A stretch of DNA of 64,000 nucleotides from an uncultured delta proteobacterium. GTDB lineage: Bacteria; Desulfobacterota; BSN033; UBA1163. The notes below the pieces were generated by a model. It was not told the DNA's origin, did no database searches, and saw nothing but the letters and a program-made list of their open reading frames with translations. The stretch covers positions 352,001-416,000 of the forward strand of contig CAVPSJ010000017.1 of the NCBI GenBank assembly GCA_963708295.1. The letters are read 5' to 3'. The position numbers and the translations under genes were made by a program. Every line of letters starts with the position of its first letter. Positions within the stretch are counted from its first letter, which is position 1. Positions 9,545 through 17,869 of this stretch are shown here, one piece after another.

Positions 9545-10171
9545 CTATTTCCTTCCTCCGATCAAGTCGCCTAACTCGGAGGCACAAAGTTCCATATCAT
9601 TGATAAAACGGTCAACTCTTTTCATGAAATAATTGTAGGCGATCACTGCCGGGATAGCCACCAATAACCCCATGGCCGTGCAGACCAGCGCCTCGGCTAC
9701 GCCTCCGATGACGATGCTCATGCCGCCGGCTCCGGCAGCGGCAATGTCATGAAATGCCCTGATGATCCCCAAGACTGTTCCGAAGAGCCCGATGTAGACA
9801 GCCGTGTTTCCGATCGTTCCCACAATACTGGTAAAACGTTCCAGTCTTATCGTTTCGATGGTAATCTCGCGATCCATGGCGTTGGATATCTCTGTTTCAA
9901 CGCGACCATGGAGCCCCAGTCCGGAGAAGACCACCCTGGAGAACGGAGCATTCGATGTCCTGCAGATTTCCTTGGCCATTTCAACATTGCCGCCATTCAA
10001 TGACCTTTTGATCCTTGTCATGAATTCCGTTCTTTTGGTTTTTGAGCGTTTTCTATAATAAATGATCCGTTCCAGGAGAATGGTGATGGACAAGATAGAG
10101 CAGAAGAGCAAGATATACATCGTGAACCCGCCTAAATGGATTATTTCCCAGATTGTTTTTCCTGCAAACAT
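9545..10171 (-). CDS. exbB: MotA/TolQ/ExbB proton channel protein
   Basis: YIGLFGTVLGII, GVAEALVCTAMGLLVAIPA..AYN; SD AAGGAGG at 10178-10184. Confidence 0.92.
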   Translation of the reverse strand: MFAGKTIWEIIHLGGFTMYILLFCSILSITILLERIIYYRKRSKTKRTEFMTRIKRSLNGGNVEMAKEICRTSNAPFSRVVFSGLGLHGRVETEISNAMDREITIETIRLERFTSIVGTIGNTAVYIGLFGTVLGIIRAFHDIAAAGAGGMSIVIGGVAEALVCTAMGLLVAIPAVIAYNYFMKRVDRFINDMELCASELGDLIGGRK

Positions 10172-10189
10172 CTTGTTCCTCCTTTAGAA

Positions 10190-10720
10190 ATGCTGCATTC
10201 CAGCGGTCGAGGGGATCACAGATCCTTTGTCCATCAATATTACTTATCTGCCTGGATTTGGCAAGGACTATTGCTCCTTGGCCACCCTCCAGTTTTTCCT
10301 TGCCCGCCGTCGGGGGAAATCCCTTCCGAGGCTTCATAAGGCCTGCGTTGAGGTAACCGGGATGAGGCTCTGAATGACATTCAACCCTATTCTCCCTCCT
10401 TGATGCTCATGCAGCCAAACTCTTAAGGGGTAGGGCCGATGAAACCTCTTCAGGGATCCACCCCGATGGCGGGCACGCTTCCTGGAAAATGTTCTCCTGT
10501 CAATCAGGACATCAAGGGGCAGGACACAGAGGGGGCGGGTTGGAGAAGCTTTAGGGCGGCCACCTTTTAAGCGATCTCGGTAAGGAGTTTCAGATTCTTA
10601 GCAAGCCTTAATTCTTGATACCGACGAAGTCCCCCGCAACATCCGATCATAGCCGTATCCTAAAGGTTCGAGAATTTGCCCCCCTGTGTCGACCGCCATT
10701 CTGCATACCGCAGGGAGAAC
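10190..10720 (-). ncRNA. Candidate large structured non-coding RNA / 5' leader, class unrecognised
   Basis: No credible ORF; several long-range complementary segments, including end-to-end pairing 10681-10705 with 10194-10214 (see findings). Confidence 0.55.
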
Positions 10721-10740
10721 TGGGGTGGGCAGGCTATTGT

Positions 10741-11670
10741 TCAGGATGGCGTCATGAATGGTTGAATTTTTTCAAGGGTAGGAATCCCTCTTCTTCCACC
10801 GAGGTCAAGGCATTTAAGGGCTGCCACGGCATTGGCAAACCTCAACGTTTTTTCGACCTCCCAATTCTGGAGGAGGCCGTAAATGAACCCTCCATGGAAG
10901 ACATCGCCTGCGCCGGTGGTATCTAAGGCCTTTACGTTGAACCCTTCAGAGTATAGGAGTTCTCCGTTGACCCAGGCCATGGCGCCCGAAGGACCCAATG
11001 TGGCGCAGAGGAATCCAGGAGCCTGTTTTCGAAGTTCGAGGAAAGCCTCCCTTTGATCCGAAATCCCGGTGTAGAGGGTTGGAAAGCGTGAAGAGGTGAT
11101 CAGGAAGTCAATCTCTTTAATCAGCTCAGAAGTGAAAGGTTCTACTTTATCGAGGTCGGCAACGGTTGGAATGTGTTCCTCCTTTGCCCACCTCGCACAC
11201 TGGATGGCAGCGCGGATATCGTGCCCATCCAGATGGAGGAGTCTTCCGCAGCATACCTCTTCTTTCCGAAGTTCTCCTTCGCGATACATCAATCGGTCGT
11301 CCCGATTCCAGAGGATGGTGCGGTCTCCAGTTGAGCCGTCCACAATGATCATGGAAAACTGGTTTATGGCGGTGGGCTCGGTTTTCACCGAAGAGACATC
11401 CACTCCTTCCTGGCGAATGGATTGGAGAGAGAATTTTCCCAATTCATCGGTACCTACTTTTCCAATGTATTTTGTTTTTGCGCCCCACCGGCTTAAGGCC
11501 ACTAGGGCGGTGGCCACCTGACCTCCGCCTTGTTTCGAGAAGTCGAGCATTTTCATTTTTGAATTTGGAGCGGGGAATTCCGGAACCAAGGTGAGGAAAT
11601 CTACAGAATTGAGGCCCATCCCCACCACGTCATAGGGCTTGTCTGTGGGGAGGGAAGGATTGAATTGCAT
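10741..11670 (-). CDS. PfkB-family carbohydrate kinase
   Basis: GGQVATA, IGKVGTDELG, DTTGAGDVFHGGF, ANAVAALKC. Confidence 0.92.
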   Translation of the reverse strand: MQFNPSLPTDKPYDVVGMGLNSVDFLTLVPEFPAPNSKMKMLDFSKQGGGQVATALVALSRWGAKTKYIGKVGTDELGKFSLQSIRQEGVDVSSVKTEPTAINQFSMIIVDGSTGDRTILWNRDDRLMYREGELRKEEVCCGRLLHLDGHDIRAAIQCARWAKEEHIPTVADLDKVEPFTSELIKEIDFLITSSRFPTLYTGISDQREAFLELRKQAPGFLCATLGPSGAMAWVNGELLYSEGFNVKALDTTGAGDVFHGGFIYGLLQNWEVEKTLRFANAVAALKCLDLGGRRGIPTLEKIQPFMTPS

Positions 11671-11692
11671 GCCTTTATCAAGAAGTCTCTAG

Positions 11693-13045
11693 CTATTGAC
11701 CAATGATATCCTTTATAACGTCAGCAATCTGCCGGCAGTACTTCTCCGTGAGCTGGTGGGTTGGTCCCTCTACCATGATGCGACACATATTTTGAGTACC
11801 CGAATATCGCACGAGAACCCGACCATCATCGCGCAGCTCAGACTCTACCTGTTTGATCACCTCCATGACTTTTGGCAATGTAGAAATGTCCGGTTTGCTC
11901 CTGACGTCCACGTTGATCAGTTTCTGCGGGTAGATCTCCATCATTTTCGAGAGTTCTGACAAAGGTTTACCAGCTTCAACCATGGCCGCGATCAGTTGCA
12001 TCGCGGTAACAATCCCGTCCCCCGTTGTGTGGTGATCGAGGAAAATCATATGACCGGCGTCCTCTCCGCCCATGATCGCTCCCAAGCGGACCATATCCTC
12101 CAATACATAACGATCTCCTACGTTCGAAACATGGTGTTTAATGCCATGCTTCTTGCAAGCCACCTTTAGCCCAAGATTGCTCATCACGGTGCTCACGAGC
12201 AGATCGTTCTTTAGCTTCCCCTTTTCCTTGAGGGTTCGGGCACAGATGATCAGGACCTGATCGCCGGAGATTTCCTGTCCTTTCTCATCCACAGCAATCA
12301 GCCTGTCCCCGTCACCATCAAAAGCGAGTCCAACATCCGCTCTCGCCTCCACCACCCGTTTCCTAAGATCCTGAGTATATAGAGATCCACAACGATCATT
12401 GATATTGAGACCGTTGGGGTTATTGTGGATGACCTCCACGTTGGCACCCAGCTCGAAGAATGTGTCCGGAGCAATTTTGTAGGTGGCCCCATTCGCTGTA
12501 TCGAGGACAATCTTGATCCCCTCCATCGTTAGATCCCGGGGGAAAGTATTTTTCAGGAATACAATGTAACGACCGTGCACATCCTCCAACCGGTAAGCCT
12601 GCCCCATTTCCCTAACGGGTGGAACCATCTGAGGCAATTTATTGGCGAGAATGAGCTTTTCGATCTCTGCTTCCTCATCGTCAGAGAGTTTGAAGCCGTT
12701 GCCGGAAAAAATTTTGATTCCATTATCCTGATAGGGGTTGTGGGATGCAGAGATCACGATACCCGCATCCGCCCGCATGCTCTGCGTTATGAAGGCGATG
12801 CCCGGCGTGGGAAGCACTCCCACCAGATAAGGGTATCCACCCATCGAAGTGATACCGGACTCCAGAGAACTTTCAAGCATATAGCCTGAAATGCGAGTGT
12901 CCTTGCCGATAATGATCCTGGTCCTGTGATTCGGTTTTTTAAGCAGGTGAGCAATGGCTTGACCCACAGAGAAGGCGATCCCAGCATCCATAGGATATCG
13001 ATTTGCCTCTCCTCGTATCCCGTCCGTTCCAAACAGTTTCCCCAT
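11693..13045 (-). CDS. glmM: Phosphoglucosamine mutase
   Basis: LFGTDGIRG, GKDTRISGY, GIVISASHNP, FDGDGDR, VRYSGT. Confidence 0.96.
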   Translation of the reverse strand: MGKLFGTDGIRGEANRYPMDAGIAFSVGQAIAHLLKKPNHRTRIIIGKDTRISGYMLESSLESGITSMGGYPYLVGVLPTPGIAFITQSMRADAGIVISASHNPYQDNGIKIFSGNGFKLSDDEEAEIEKLILANKLPQMVPPVREMGQAYRLEDVHGRYIVFLKNTFPRDLTMEGIKIVLDTANGATYKIAPDTFFELGANVEVIHNNPNGLNINDRCGSLYTQDLRKRVVEARADVGLAFDGDGDRLIAVDEKGQEISGDQVLIICARTLKEKGKLKNDLLVSTVMSNLGLKVACKKHGIKHHVSNVGDRYVLEDMVRLGAIMGGEDAGHMIFLDHHTTGDGIVTAMQLIAAMVEAGKPLSELSKMMEIYPQKLINVDVRSKPDISTLPKVMEVIKQVESELRDDGRVLVRYSGTQNMCRIMVEGPTHQLTEKYCRQIADVIKDIIGQ

Positions 13046-13057
13046 ACCTTCTCCTCC

Positions 13058-14329
13058 TCACGTAAGATTTGAACGATTTGTCTTAAACAGTTTCAACGAA
13101 GGCAAAGCCTTTCCTGCTTGATCACATATCACATGGACGATGGCATCGAGCCATTGGGTCCCGGCCGTTGAGACATCAGCGGGTAAACTCTGGATGACCT
13201 CGATGTAGTTGCCACCCCGCCTCTCCCAATGCTTTACGAATGCGTTGAGAAATTGGTTCCGCTTTTCCTCACCGGCAGTTTTCCCCGCGTCACTGGCCAA
13301 CAGTTCTTCAAATAATTTACCTTTTTCATAAAACTCCTGCTTCGCTCTTAGGATTTTGGCTCTGCCTTTTTCTTTATCAGAGGATCCAAGCATTTTGCCT
13401 GCCATATCTTTGAGCCGCTTCAGCCTCTCCTCTTTGGCTGTCTCAAGATTTTCCAGTATAGCTGTAAAAATCAGACGACCAAACTCCTCGTGTCCAAAGA
13501 ACATCTTTCGTACATGAAGATACCACTGCTCCAGAGCTATCAAATTTGCAAGATAAAGGATGTTGTTCTTAACGACGCGGGAAAGGCTTGGATAGGCCCT
13601 GGGAATGAGGTCAACCACCTTGCCCGAGTGACTCTTACTTACAATCAGTTGTTTCTCCATATCCACATCCTCACGGAGGACGGATCCAGCAGCGACGACG
13701 CTGCCGTAGCTCACCCGGAGAGGCCCAACCATGCCCCCCTGTCCCCCGAGGAAAATGGGTGGTTTGTTGAGCATGACACCGCGAGGGACATCACCGATTA
13801 AGGATGCAGTGGTCTTGTCTCCTTCCGGGGTAAAGTTAAAATGGATATAGGAGCTCCCAACTTCACTGTGGTCTTTGCGGCTTGTGCCTCCTGCCATAAG
13901 ACAGTCACAAAAATTGATAAGACTCCCAAGCGTAACGAAAGGGAATAGAATGGTATGTTTCAGGCCGACGCAGTGTGCGCCGTTCGCCTGTTCTTCCAGC
14001 AAGCACGCCTCGCGAACGTGGGCACCGAGTCCCATGTTCGCCTTTTCAAGGAAAACGGATTTTTTAAAGTATCCCCCCTTCAATTCTACCTTAATCCCAA
14101 GCTGGCAATCATCCACCGTGACAGGGGCTTCATAGCCAAGCTGGACCCCTGCGGAGATGACCGTCTTTTCCCCGTAAACCCGGCAACCCGGGTAGATCTT
14201 GACACCGTTGCCCGATATTTGATCGATATTGACTTCGTCGCCCACATCGATGGTGAGCGGGGTGGGAATATTCACCCCTTTTCTGATGAGTTGCTCAATT
14301 TTGTCATGAGAGAAAGGTTTTAGGTCCAC
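13058..14329 (-). CDS. GlmU-like left-handed beta-helix (hexapeptide) transferase without a pyrophosphorylase domain, with an unknown C-terminal helical domain
   Basis: Starts like the GlmU LbH region (LIRKGVNIPTP..IDVG), hexapeptide repeats, GPLRV..GSVVAAGS; lacks LAAGxGTRM; GTG start with SD AGGAGG. Confidence 0.7.
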   Translation of the reverse strand: MDLKPFSHDKIEQLIRKGVNIPTPLTIDVGDEVNIDQISGNGVKIYPGCRVYGEKTVISAGVQLGYEAPVTVDDCQLGIKVELKGGYFKKSVFLEKANMGLGAHVREACLLEEQANGAHCVGLKHTILFPFVTLGSLINFCDCLMAGGTSRKDHSEVGSSYIHFNFTPEGDKTTASLIGDVPRGVMLNKPPIFLGGQGGMVGPLRVSYGSVVAAGSVLREDVDMEKQLIVSKSHSGKVVDLIPRAYPSLSRVVKNNILYLANLIALEQWYLHVRKMFFGHEEFGRLIFTAILENLETAKEERLKRLKDMAGKMLGSSDKEKGRAKILRAKQEFYEKGKLFEELLASDAGKTAGEEKRNQFLNAFVKHWERRGGNYIEVIQSLPADVSTAGTQWLDAIVHVICDQAGKALPSLKLFKTNRSNLT

Positions 14330-14930
14330 CTTTTCCTCCTCAAATATCCCGGAAAGGATTTGACATAGCGATTCTATTTCTAAACCAACATCGAAGAAAT
14401 TTCAATCATTCATCGAAATCTTCCACGGCACATTCGGAGCATCGAATTTTCTCATGAGATTATCCTGGCATCTCTTCGCTGTTTTCTCACGAATATAAAG
14501 CCCATCCATGTCCCCGCCGGTTGTCCCTATTGATCCATTTTTGGGCGTATTTCTTTCAATACACTTATATTGAAGTATCAATCCTTATGCCAAAACCTCA
14601 CAATGACTCTAAGTTATTGTAACTATTTCGTTTCGCAGAATCGTGGAGACTTTAATGAAGGTCAGGGTGAAAGAGTTTTTCACAAAAATCCCGAACTGCC
14701 TTCCTAGGAATGCATCAAATGTCTTCTACGTCTCATGGGTTTCCAAATGAGACTCCTACGCACACTTCTTTCTCTTGGGTTTCATCGATATCCGATAGGA
14801 TGGGCATGGCATTCCCGTTTAGACATTCATCAGAATATCGTCCCCTTATCTTGATGGAATAAAGAGTGAAACGGGTGGCCTATTTCGAATGACCCTTCTG
14901 CCGATGATTCTATCCGAAATATTTGAAAGG

Positions 14931-15806
14931 CTAACGGGAGCTGGACAAAGATGAAACTTCCTGGATGAAGCTGTCAGGATAATTCTTGAGACTCTTATTG
15001 TTTTTCAAGAACTGGGCTGCTTCATTTGTATCCATAAACTGTCCCACAAAGACTTTGTATAAAGGTCCCCTCTTCTTGCTTTTCGATTCAATCCAATAGG
15101 CATCCAGCCCTTCCTTCTTAAGGACTCCCACAAGGTCGCGAACGTTTTCCATCTCCCGGAATGATCCGATCTGCACAGCATAAAATTTCCCCTGCGGAGC
15201 AGGTTTATCGGGTTTCAGATTTTCTTGAGGAATGGGTTTTGCTTTTTCTGCTCCTTCGAGAGGGCTCTTCACGGCAACGGATTCAGAAAGGGGTTTAGGC
15301 GGAGCTAAGGGGGCAGCCACCGTGGGGGGGGGTGAGGGTACCGGGGGAGTGACGGCAGAGGGGGGCGGGAGCGTCGCTTCGGAGGGTGCGGCGGTCGAAG
15401 GGGCTGGAGTGGCTTTAGGAGGGACAACCGCAGGGGGTTTACGAGGCGCGGGACGCGAGGAGACCGTTTGCTGCTGGCCCTCCCCTATTTTTAAAAGCTG
15501 GAGGATGGCCATCGGCTTCCAGAAAGTCATCCCCAAAACCAAGGCAAGTAGGATGCCAATCCCCCCTAGGATCATCGGGCGGTAAGATCTGTTTTTGTTA
15601 CGCCCTGATTTTTTCTTGGTTGGTTTTTCCGGGACCACCCGGGTCCCCGCCGTGGAGGATGAATCGGGTTCTACGATGGGTAAGGTTTCTGTTGCTTCCT
15701 CTTTTTCGATGTCCGCAACACGCTGATACATCGCATCGAGCTCATCGAATAGTTCTTCTTCCGGGATGGGCTTGTCTTTCTTTTTCGTATCCTGATCATT
15801 TTCCAT
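14931..15806 (-). CDS. SPOR domain membrane-anchored protein
   Basis: Acidic N-terminus, one TM, Pro/Ala-rich linker, C-terminal YAVQIGSF...YKVFVGQF SPOR motif. Confidence 0.88.
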   Translation of the reverse strand: MENDQDTKKKDKPIPEEELFDELDAMYQRVADIEKEEATETLPIVEPDSSSTAGTRVVPEKPTKKKSGRNKNRSYRPMILGGIGILLALVLGMTFWKPMAILQLLKIGEGQQQTVSSRPAPRKPPAVVPPKATPAPSTAAPSEATLPPPSAVTPPVPSPPPTVAAPLAPPKPLSESVAVKSPLEGAEKAKPIPQENLKPDKPAPQGKFYAVQIGSFREMENVRDLVGVLKKEGLDAYWIESKSKKRGPLYKVFVGQFMDTNEAAQFLKNNKSLKNYPDSFIQEVSSLSSSR

Positions 15807-15836
15807 GGGATGGCTCCGCGCTTTCTTCGTTGTTTT

Positions 15837-16475
15837 TTAGTTGTCCATTCTTTTTAGATAACGACTTGCCACCATATCCGCATCCAATCCTATATATTGT
15901 GCATAGGCCCTTACGAAACCCTTGAGGAATATCCTGGAAGGCGGCTTTTCAAACCGGTCTTCCTCGATGGCTCGTAAATAAGCCATCCGGACCTTCACCG
16001 TTTCTGCGATCTCTTCAAGCGAGACCCCCAACTCATCCCTGATTTTTTTCAAATCGCCTCCTGAGAAGACCTCGTGGGAGAGAATCTCTTGAATCACAGC
16101 GTTTGAAGAGACCATCGTCTTCAATCGGTCCCTTATCCTTAAGGCCGTATCGGCGCCGGGACGTTTCGGTTGGGGTAAAAGGCTTAACTTTTTCCGCTCC
16201 CGCTGATATTGCCTCTCCTCGTCAAGGACACCCCGTTCGATGAGCAACTGATCATACTGGGACCTTTTCTTTTCGTCCATCAGGGTCGAATACGCCTCGT
16301 TCAGTTTCGCAAGGATTTCTTCTCGTTCTTTTCGGGAGAAAAAAGAATAGCTTGCCAGAGAATCCTCATGGTAGAGTTGAAACATCTCTTTATAGGCGTG
16401 ATGGACCTCAAAAGGGGAGGCATCGGAGGCGACCTCCAAAAGTTCATAGAAGTTTAGCGCATCGATTTTCTTCAT
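15837..16475 (-). CDS. J-like domain + RodZ-like HTH (HTH_25) protein
   Basis: NFYELLEV..DAS..EV..AY...YHED..L.EAY.TL.D..KR..YD; C-terminal LKKIRDELGVSLEEIA...YLRAIEE...FLKGFVRAYA. Confidence 0.85.
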   Translation of the reverse strand: MKKIDALNFYELLEVASDASPFEVHHAYKEMFQLYHEDSLASYSFFSRKEREEILAKLNEAYSTLMDEKKRSQYDQLLIERGVLDEERQYQRERKKLSLLPQPKRPGADTALRIRDRLKTMVSSNAVIQEILSHEVFSGGDLKKIRDELGVSLEEIAETVKVRMAYLRAIEEDRFEKPPSRIFLKGFVRAYAQYIGLDADMVASRYLKRMDN

Positions 16476-16498
16476 ACCGTATTATGCAAAACCGGGAC

Positions 16499-17413
16499 TC
16501 ATAAAGCCACGGCTTGCTCGTCTAGGATGCCCGTGACGCCTTTGAGGACGAGTCGAAGATCCAAAGCGGCCTGGGAGTACGAATATTTTTCGACAAAGGA
16601 CTCTCGCCGGCACACCGCCTCGTGGACGCGGTCATCAAAGCTGACATTGCCCAAGAATTGAATTCTCATGCCGAGGTGTTTCTCCACAATCCTACAAATC
16701 AGCGCCCCGATCTTCGGATTGTCCTGCCGTCTTACCTGATTCAGAACCAACTTAAAGTGGAAGGCTTTCAAAATTCTTTCGATGTTGCTGCCTTCTTCCG
16801 GATCCATCTCTTTCAAAATATCAAGGAGGTATTCCGGATGGTGGATGATGATATCTTCGTTCTGCGCTTCTGCTTTCTCTGCCAAACTCCTGAAACGCTC
16901 AGCTTTAAGGACCTGGCGGATCTTACGAACATAAACGGTGCGAACGAGCCGATAAATATTTTCGATCGAGGTGGGTTCCGGAATGCATACAAAAATTCCA
17001 GAGTCCGACAGCGTAAAAAAATCGATGGTATTGAAAGAAGTCCCTGTGCCAAGGTCGAGCAGGATATAGTCATAGGCCAGTCTCGATATGGCACGGAGTG
17101 TTTTCATCTTCTGCTCATGAGCCAGATTGGCGATATCCAGCTTATTCTTGGCTCCGCTAATCAAGAAAAGATTATGAACGGGCATTTCGAGGACGGTTTC
17201 CTGAAGGGTCGACACTTTCTTATTGAGAAAATCAGATAGGCTGATCGCCGGATTAGACAGACCGACGATTGTGTGAAGGTTGGGTCCACCGAGGTCGGCA
17301 TCGATCAGGAGGGTCTTAAATCCTTGCTTGGCCAATAGAATGCCGATATTACCGGTAAAAAAACTCTTACCAGTTCCTCCCTTTCCTCCTCCGATAGGCC
17401 AGATATGTGGCAT
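16499..17413 (-). CDS. MinD/FlhG-family (ParA-like) ATPase
   Basis: Deviant Walker A GGKGGTGKS, IDADLGGPNL, LLDLG, PEPTSIEN. Confidence 0.9.
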   Translation of the reverse strand: MPHIWPIGGGKGGTGKSFFTGNIGILLAKQGFKTLLIDADLGGPNLHTIVGLSNPAISLSDFLNKKVSTLQETVLEMPVHNLFLISGAKNKLDIANLAHEQKMKTLRAISRLAYDYILLDLGTGTSFNTIDFFTLSDSGIFVCIPEPTSIENIYRLVRTVYVRKIRQVLKAERFRSLAEKAEAQNEDIIIHHPEYLLDILKEMDPEEGSNIERILKAFHFKLVLNQVRRQDNPKIGALICRIVEKHLGMRIQFLGNVSFDDRVHEAVCRRESFVEKYSYSQAALDLRLVLKGVTGILDEQAVAL

Positions 17414-17599
17414 AAAGTTCGAACGATCCCAATATTATTAATTATTCAAGCTTAGATCATTATAGCACAATCATGTGATACTTGCGGCATAGGAACGCTT
17501 CATCCCTCTATCGTTCCACACCTTTTTGTGCCAAAAATTGGCAACGAACGATACCACGGATGGAGCTTTTTAGATCTTACTCCCCCTATTTGGTAAATT

Positions 17600-17628
17600 A
17601 ATCTACACTCCTGAGCGATTCTTGTCAA
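17600..17628 (-). promoter_or_regulatory. sigma70 promoter for the MinD-like operon
   Basis: TTGACA-N17-TAGATT on the minus strand. Confidence 0.6.
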
Positions 17629-17809
17629 TTATTCTTCAGAAAAAATTTCGCACCCACATGGCTTGCCTCAGCGTTAACCCTGAGCCTTCGACCCGAGTTC
17701 AAGCGAGGGGGCCGGCCCCCGCAGCTTTGGAATGCATTGCTCAGAGGCGTGGATTCAGGAGGCGATTCTGCCCACGGAGAAGAAATGAGAGGTAAGTTGG
17801 AGCCCAGGG

Positions 17810-17838
17810 TTGACGAAAACGGCCGTAAGTAGTATAAA
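17810..17838 (+). promoter_or_regulatory. sigma70 promoter for glmU-glmS
   Basis: TTGACG-N17-TATAAA. Confidence 0.65.
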
Positions 17839-17869
17839 AAGCCTAAAATTCATCTAAGAGGATAGAAAA

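Noticed and set aside
10190-10740. tmRNA, RNase P, SRP, 6S, T-box or group I/II intron identity for the structured interval
   Set aside because: No TTCGA..CCACCA end or tag ORF, no GAGGAAAGTCC, no CAGG..GGAAGCAGC, no simple 6S rod, no GGTGGNACCGCG, and no complete P7 or domain V
14576-14592. Sigma54 promoter TGGCAT-N5-TTGAT on the minus strand
   Set aside because: The -12 GC is missing and it is far from a clear gene start
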